From: Narcine bancroftii
Taxonomy: Eukaryota
Direction of reading: 5' to 3'
DNA length: 64,000 nt
Assembly (NCBI RefSeq): GCF_036971445.1
Contig: NC_091475.1
Coordinates: 204,848,001-204,912,000 of the forward strand
Shown piece after piece: positions 60,817 to 64,000 of this stretch (the stretch's first letter is position 1; each line of letters opens with the position of its first letter). A program made the translations under genes and the position numbers. A model generated the notes under the pieces. That model was not told the origin of the DNA. It saw only the letters and a program-made list of their open reading frames with translations, and did not search any database.

Positions 60817-63800
60817 TATGGTAAACCACTTTGTACATTTATCTATCTGGACATGCCCATTGGCTGATTTCACCTGTGGCCCCACCTACTGACACCTGAA
60901 TAAATCTGATTGTTCCACAATGCCTTCCCAGTCCAGGACAGTCGACCAGCATGGAAGTGCCTCTATTCTATTGTGAATAAAAGCCTCTCACTTCTACAGA
61001 ACTTTCAGTCTTTTGGAGTTATGGTGCATCAATTTTATTCACAATAAATTTTGACAATGGAGCAGATCCTGAAGGCAGAGACGTTGAAAATCGACCCTCA
61101 ATCAATTGTAACCTACACCGACCTCAAACTCCGGCTGCGTTGCTTTGAAGCGTTCCCACAGACATCACTTGCCATCGTTCGGTCAGACAGCTGCAGGTAC
61201 TACACTCCTGGGTTGGGGCTCTAGTGTACTCAATGATCAGGGATACTTGCGTTGTACCCAGAGGAGACGAACATTCTGAAACAATGTCTACGTGAGCCAC
61301 TCAAAAACAGTGACCTGGGGAGTTGAGCGCTGTGTACCTCCAGGCTCTATGAACTTTCAGATGGGCCTGTGACTGCAAGGTCTTGTCGGCCGCAGAGAAC
61401 ACTGAAAACCTGATTAGAGACATGTACATCGCAGGCATCAAGTCCAATTACATCCGCCAGACTGCTGGAGCAATGTGAGAACAATTTGCAAAGGGCAGTC
61501 AAACTGGCAGGCCAGAATATGGAAGCCTACTTGGCCGACAACTTGAACTCATTGTGGTTTCCCCAGGCACTGCCAACTTTCGACGCGCCGCGAGCACCTA
61601 ACTCTGCTAACATCATGTTCTGCCAATGGCCCAACCACAGCCGCTGTACTCTGTGAGCACCCAAAATTCTACTTCTGTGGCCTGGACAAGCACTCGAGGA
61701 AATGCTGCCTGGCGAAAAACAGAGTCTGCTACCACTGTTGGAAAAAAGGACATTATACGAAAGTGTGTAAATCCAAGTCACCCTAATCTAGCAACGTCAC
61801 TTGCAGACTGTGGGGGATTCCATCTTGGATGCAGCCATCTCCGAGACCCAGCAGCGTCATGAGCAAGCCTTAAGGGTTGCCATCTTGGATGCCACCATCT
61901 TTGAAACCCAGCATCGCTGCGTGCGAGCCATGGGGACTGTCATCTTGAATGCCACCATCTTGCGATTGAACACACAATCTCTCCGCCGCAACTACAGATA
62001 GCGACCCGATAATGGCCTCCATCATGTTAAATCAAGGTAATCCTCACCAACTCGCCCGATCGATGATGGACATCCAGGTAAACGGCCGCATGACAAGCTG
62101 CCTATTCAATAGTGGGAGCAAAAAGAGCTTTACCATTCCGACAAGGTGCAGTGCTACTCCCTCTCAGTTAGGCCAATGAGTCATAAATTCTCATTGGCCT
62201 CAAAGTCCCATACAGTTGATGTCTGTGGCTACTGCATAATAACTTTGACTGTGAAGGGCACTTTAAACTCCTGGTGCTGTCACAACTATGAGCTGCCATG
62301 TTACTTGGACTGGAATTCCAATGCCACCTTAAAAGTGTGATGATGGAGTATGAGGGACCCCCTTTTCCCCACCCCCTCACTGTCTGTAACCAGCAGTTCT
62401 TAAACCGCCCACTATACTCCACCAACAACTACTCCTCGGACACTTCCCCCACCGTTCCCAGCCAACAACCCGGCCATCGCTCACTGCACACGGCCTGTGG
62501 ACTCACAATTCTAAAGATTACCCCTCCATCACTGTTCACTAACCTCACCCCCAACTGCAAACCCATTGCCACCAAAAGCAGATGGTTCAGTGCCAGGAAC
62601 AGGGATTTATTAGGCCGGACATGGAGCGGCTACTCAACGAGGGGATCATCAAAGCCAATACCAGCCCGTGGAGAGGCCAAGTGATGGTGGTGAGGAATGG
62701 AGAGAAAAACAGAATGAATATTGACTACAGTCAGACCATTAACAGATGTAGACAGCTGGACGCGTACCCTTTTCCCCGCATATCTGATATGGTGAACCAA
62801 AATGCGCAATTTTGGATTTTCTCCTCCATTGACCTTAAGCCAACTTATCACCAGCTTCCCATCTGCATGGAGGACCATCAATACACCGGTTTAAAGGCAA
62901 TTGGCCACCTCTATCATTTCCTGAAGGTTCCCTTCGGCGTCACCAAAGGGGTTTTGGTCTTCCAGCGGTATATGGACCAAATGGTCGACCGATATGAACT
63001 GCAGACCACATTCCCATATCTGGACAGTGTCACCATTTGTGCCACGACCTGCAGGATCATGACGCCAACCTCAAAAAATTCCTCTAGATAGCCAACCTCA
63101 CATATAACAAAGCTAAATGCATATTTCACACAACCCGCCTTGCCATCCTTGGCTGTGTCCTAGAGAACAGAGTCAATGGACCCCAACCCCAATCGCATGC
63201 ACCCGCTTTTGGAACTCCTCCTCCCCCACAGGATCGAACCCTGAAAAGGAACCTGGGCTCCCTTCCCTACAATGTCCAGTGAGTCTCTAATTATGTGAAC
63301 AAGGCCCACTCCCTTGTTAAATCTACCTGGCACCAGAGGCCCGTGCAGCTTTCAGCCACATCAAAGCAGACACTGCCAAGGCTACGATGAACGCTGTGGA
63401 TGAATCCACCCCATTCCAGGTGGAGACCAATGCGTCCAACTTTACCCTGGTGACCACACTTAACTAGGCAGGCAGACTCATCACTTCCTTTTCACACAGC
63501 CTCCAGGCCCTGAAATTCGACACTCCTCTGAGGAGAAGGAGGCCCAAGCTATTGTCGAGTGGTGCAGCACTGGGGACACTACCAAGCTGGCAAACGATCG
63601 ACCATGCTGACTGACCAGTGGGCAGTGGCACTCATGTTCAACAACCAGCAGCATGTAAAATCAAAAATGACAGGATATTGAGGTGGAGAATTGAACTTTC
63701 CACTTACAATCTTGTACTGACCCAGGAAACTCAATGAGCTTCCAGTCACTCTATCCCACTGAATGTGCACCAGTGCACAAATAGACTGATTGCAAACCCT

Positions 63801-64000
63801 CCACAGCAATCTCTGCCACCCTGGAGTCACCACGTTCTTCCATTTTATCAAAGCCCGCAATCGTCCTTACTCCATCGAGGAGATCAGGACAGTGACCAGA
63901 AGCTGCCAGGTCTGCGCAGAATGCAAACCCCATTTCTATCGACCAGACAGAGCGCAACTGATAAAGGCTACTCTCCCTTTGAACACCTGAGCATCAAGTT
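60817..64000 (+). mobile_element. Decayed Ty3/Gypsy LTR retrotransposon (element 3), runs off the window
   Basis: 5' LTR 60817-61031; gag ATG 61057 (MEQILKAETLKIDPQ); CCHC (CYHCWKKGHYTKVC); RT SPWRGQVMVV..DYSQTINR..LDAYPFPRI..FPYLDSVTIC; integrase LCHPG..CQVCAECKP. Confidence 0.92.

Noticed and set aside
1-64000. Prokaryotic-type system or intact autonomous element
   Set aside because: No operon-like gene density; every transposon ORF has stops or frameshifts.

Overview
Repeat-dominated, non-genic (intergenic or deep intronic) vertebrate DNA, most likely from a cartilaginous fish (inferred from HE1-like V-SINEs, CR1 LINEs and elasmobranch-type Penelope remnants). No host protein-coding gene can be supported; the recognisable ORFs are decayed transposon fragments and the rest look like noise. 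Contents: three Ty3/Gypsy proviruses of one unusual lineage (3214-7422 +, 21707-25979 -, 60817->64000 +) plus related solo LTRs; an internally deleted tRNA-Leu-primed Gypsy; ~1 kb solo LTRs; many CR1 and Rex1/Babar-like fragments; an L1-like element; Penelope 3' ends with hammerhead-ribozyme motifs; V-SINEs; Tc1/mariner- and hAT-type MITEs; microsatellites; two N gaps. Strongest signal: the three related Gypsy elements have no tRNA primer-binding site. Instead each has, 1 nt after the 5' LTR, an 11-14 nt sequence complementary to its own LTR poly(A)-signal region, co-varying between families, and their RT reads YLDN/YLDS rather than YxDD. This suggests a self-priming and/or poly(A)-occluding LTR retrotransposon lineage. 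All alignments were done by eye; boundaries of decayed repeats are approximate.
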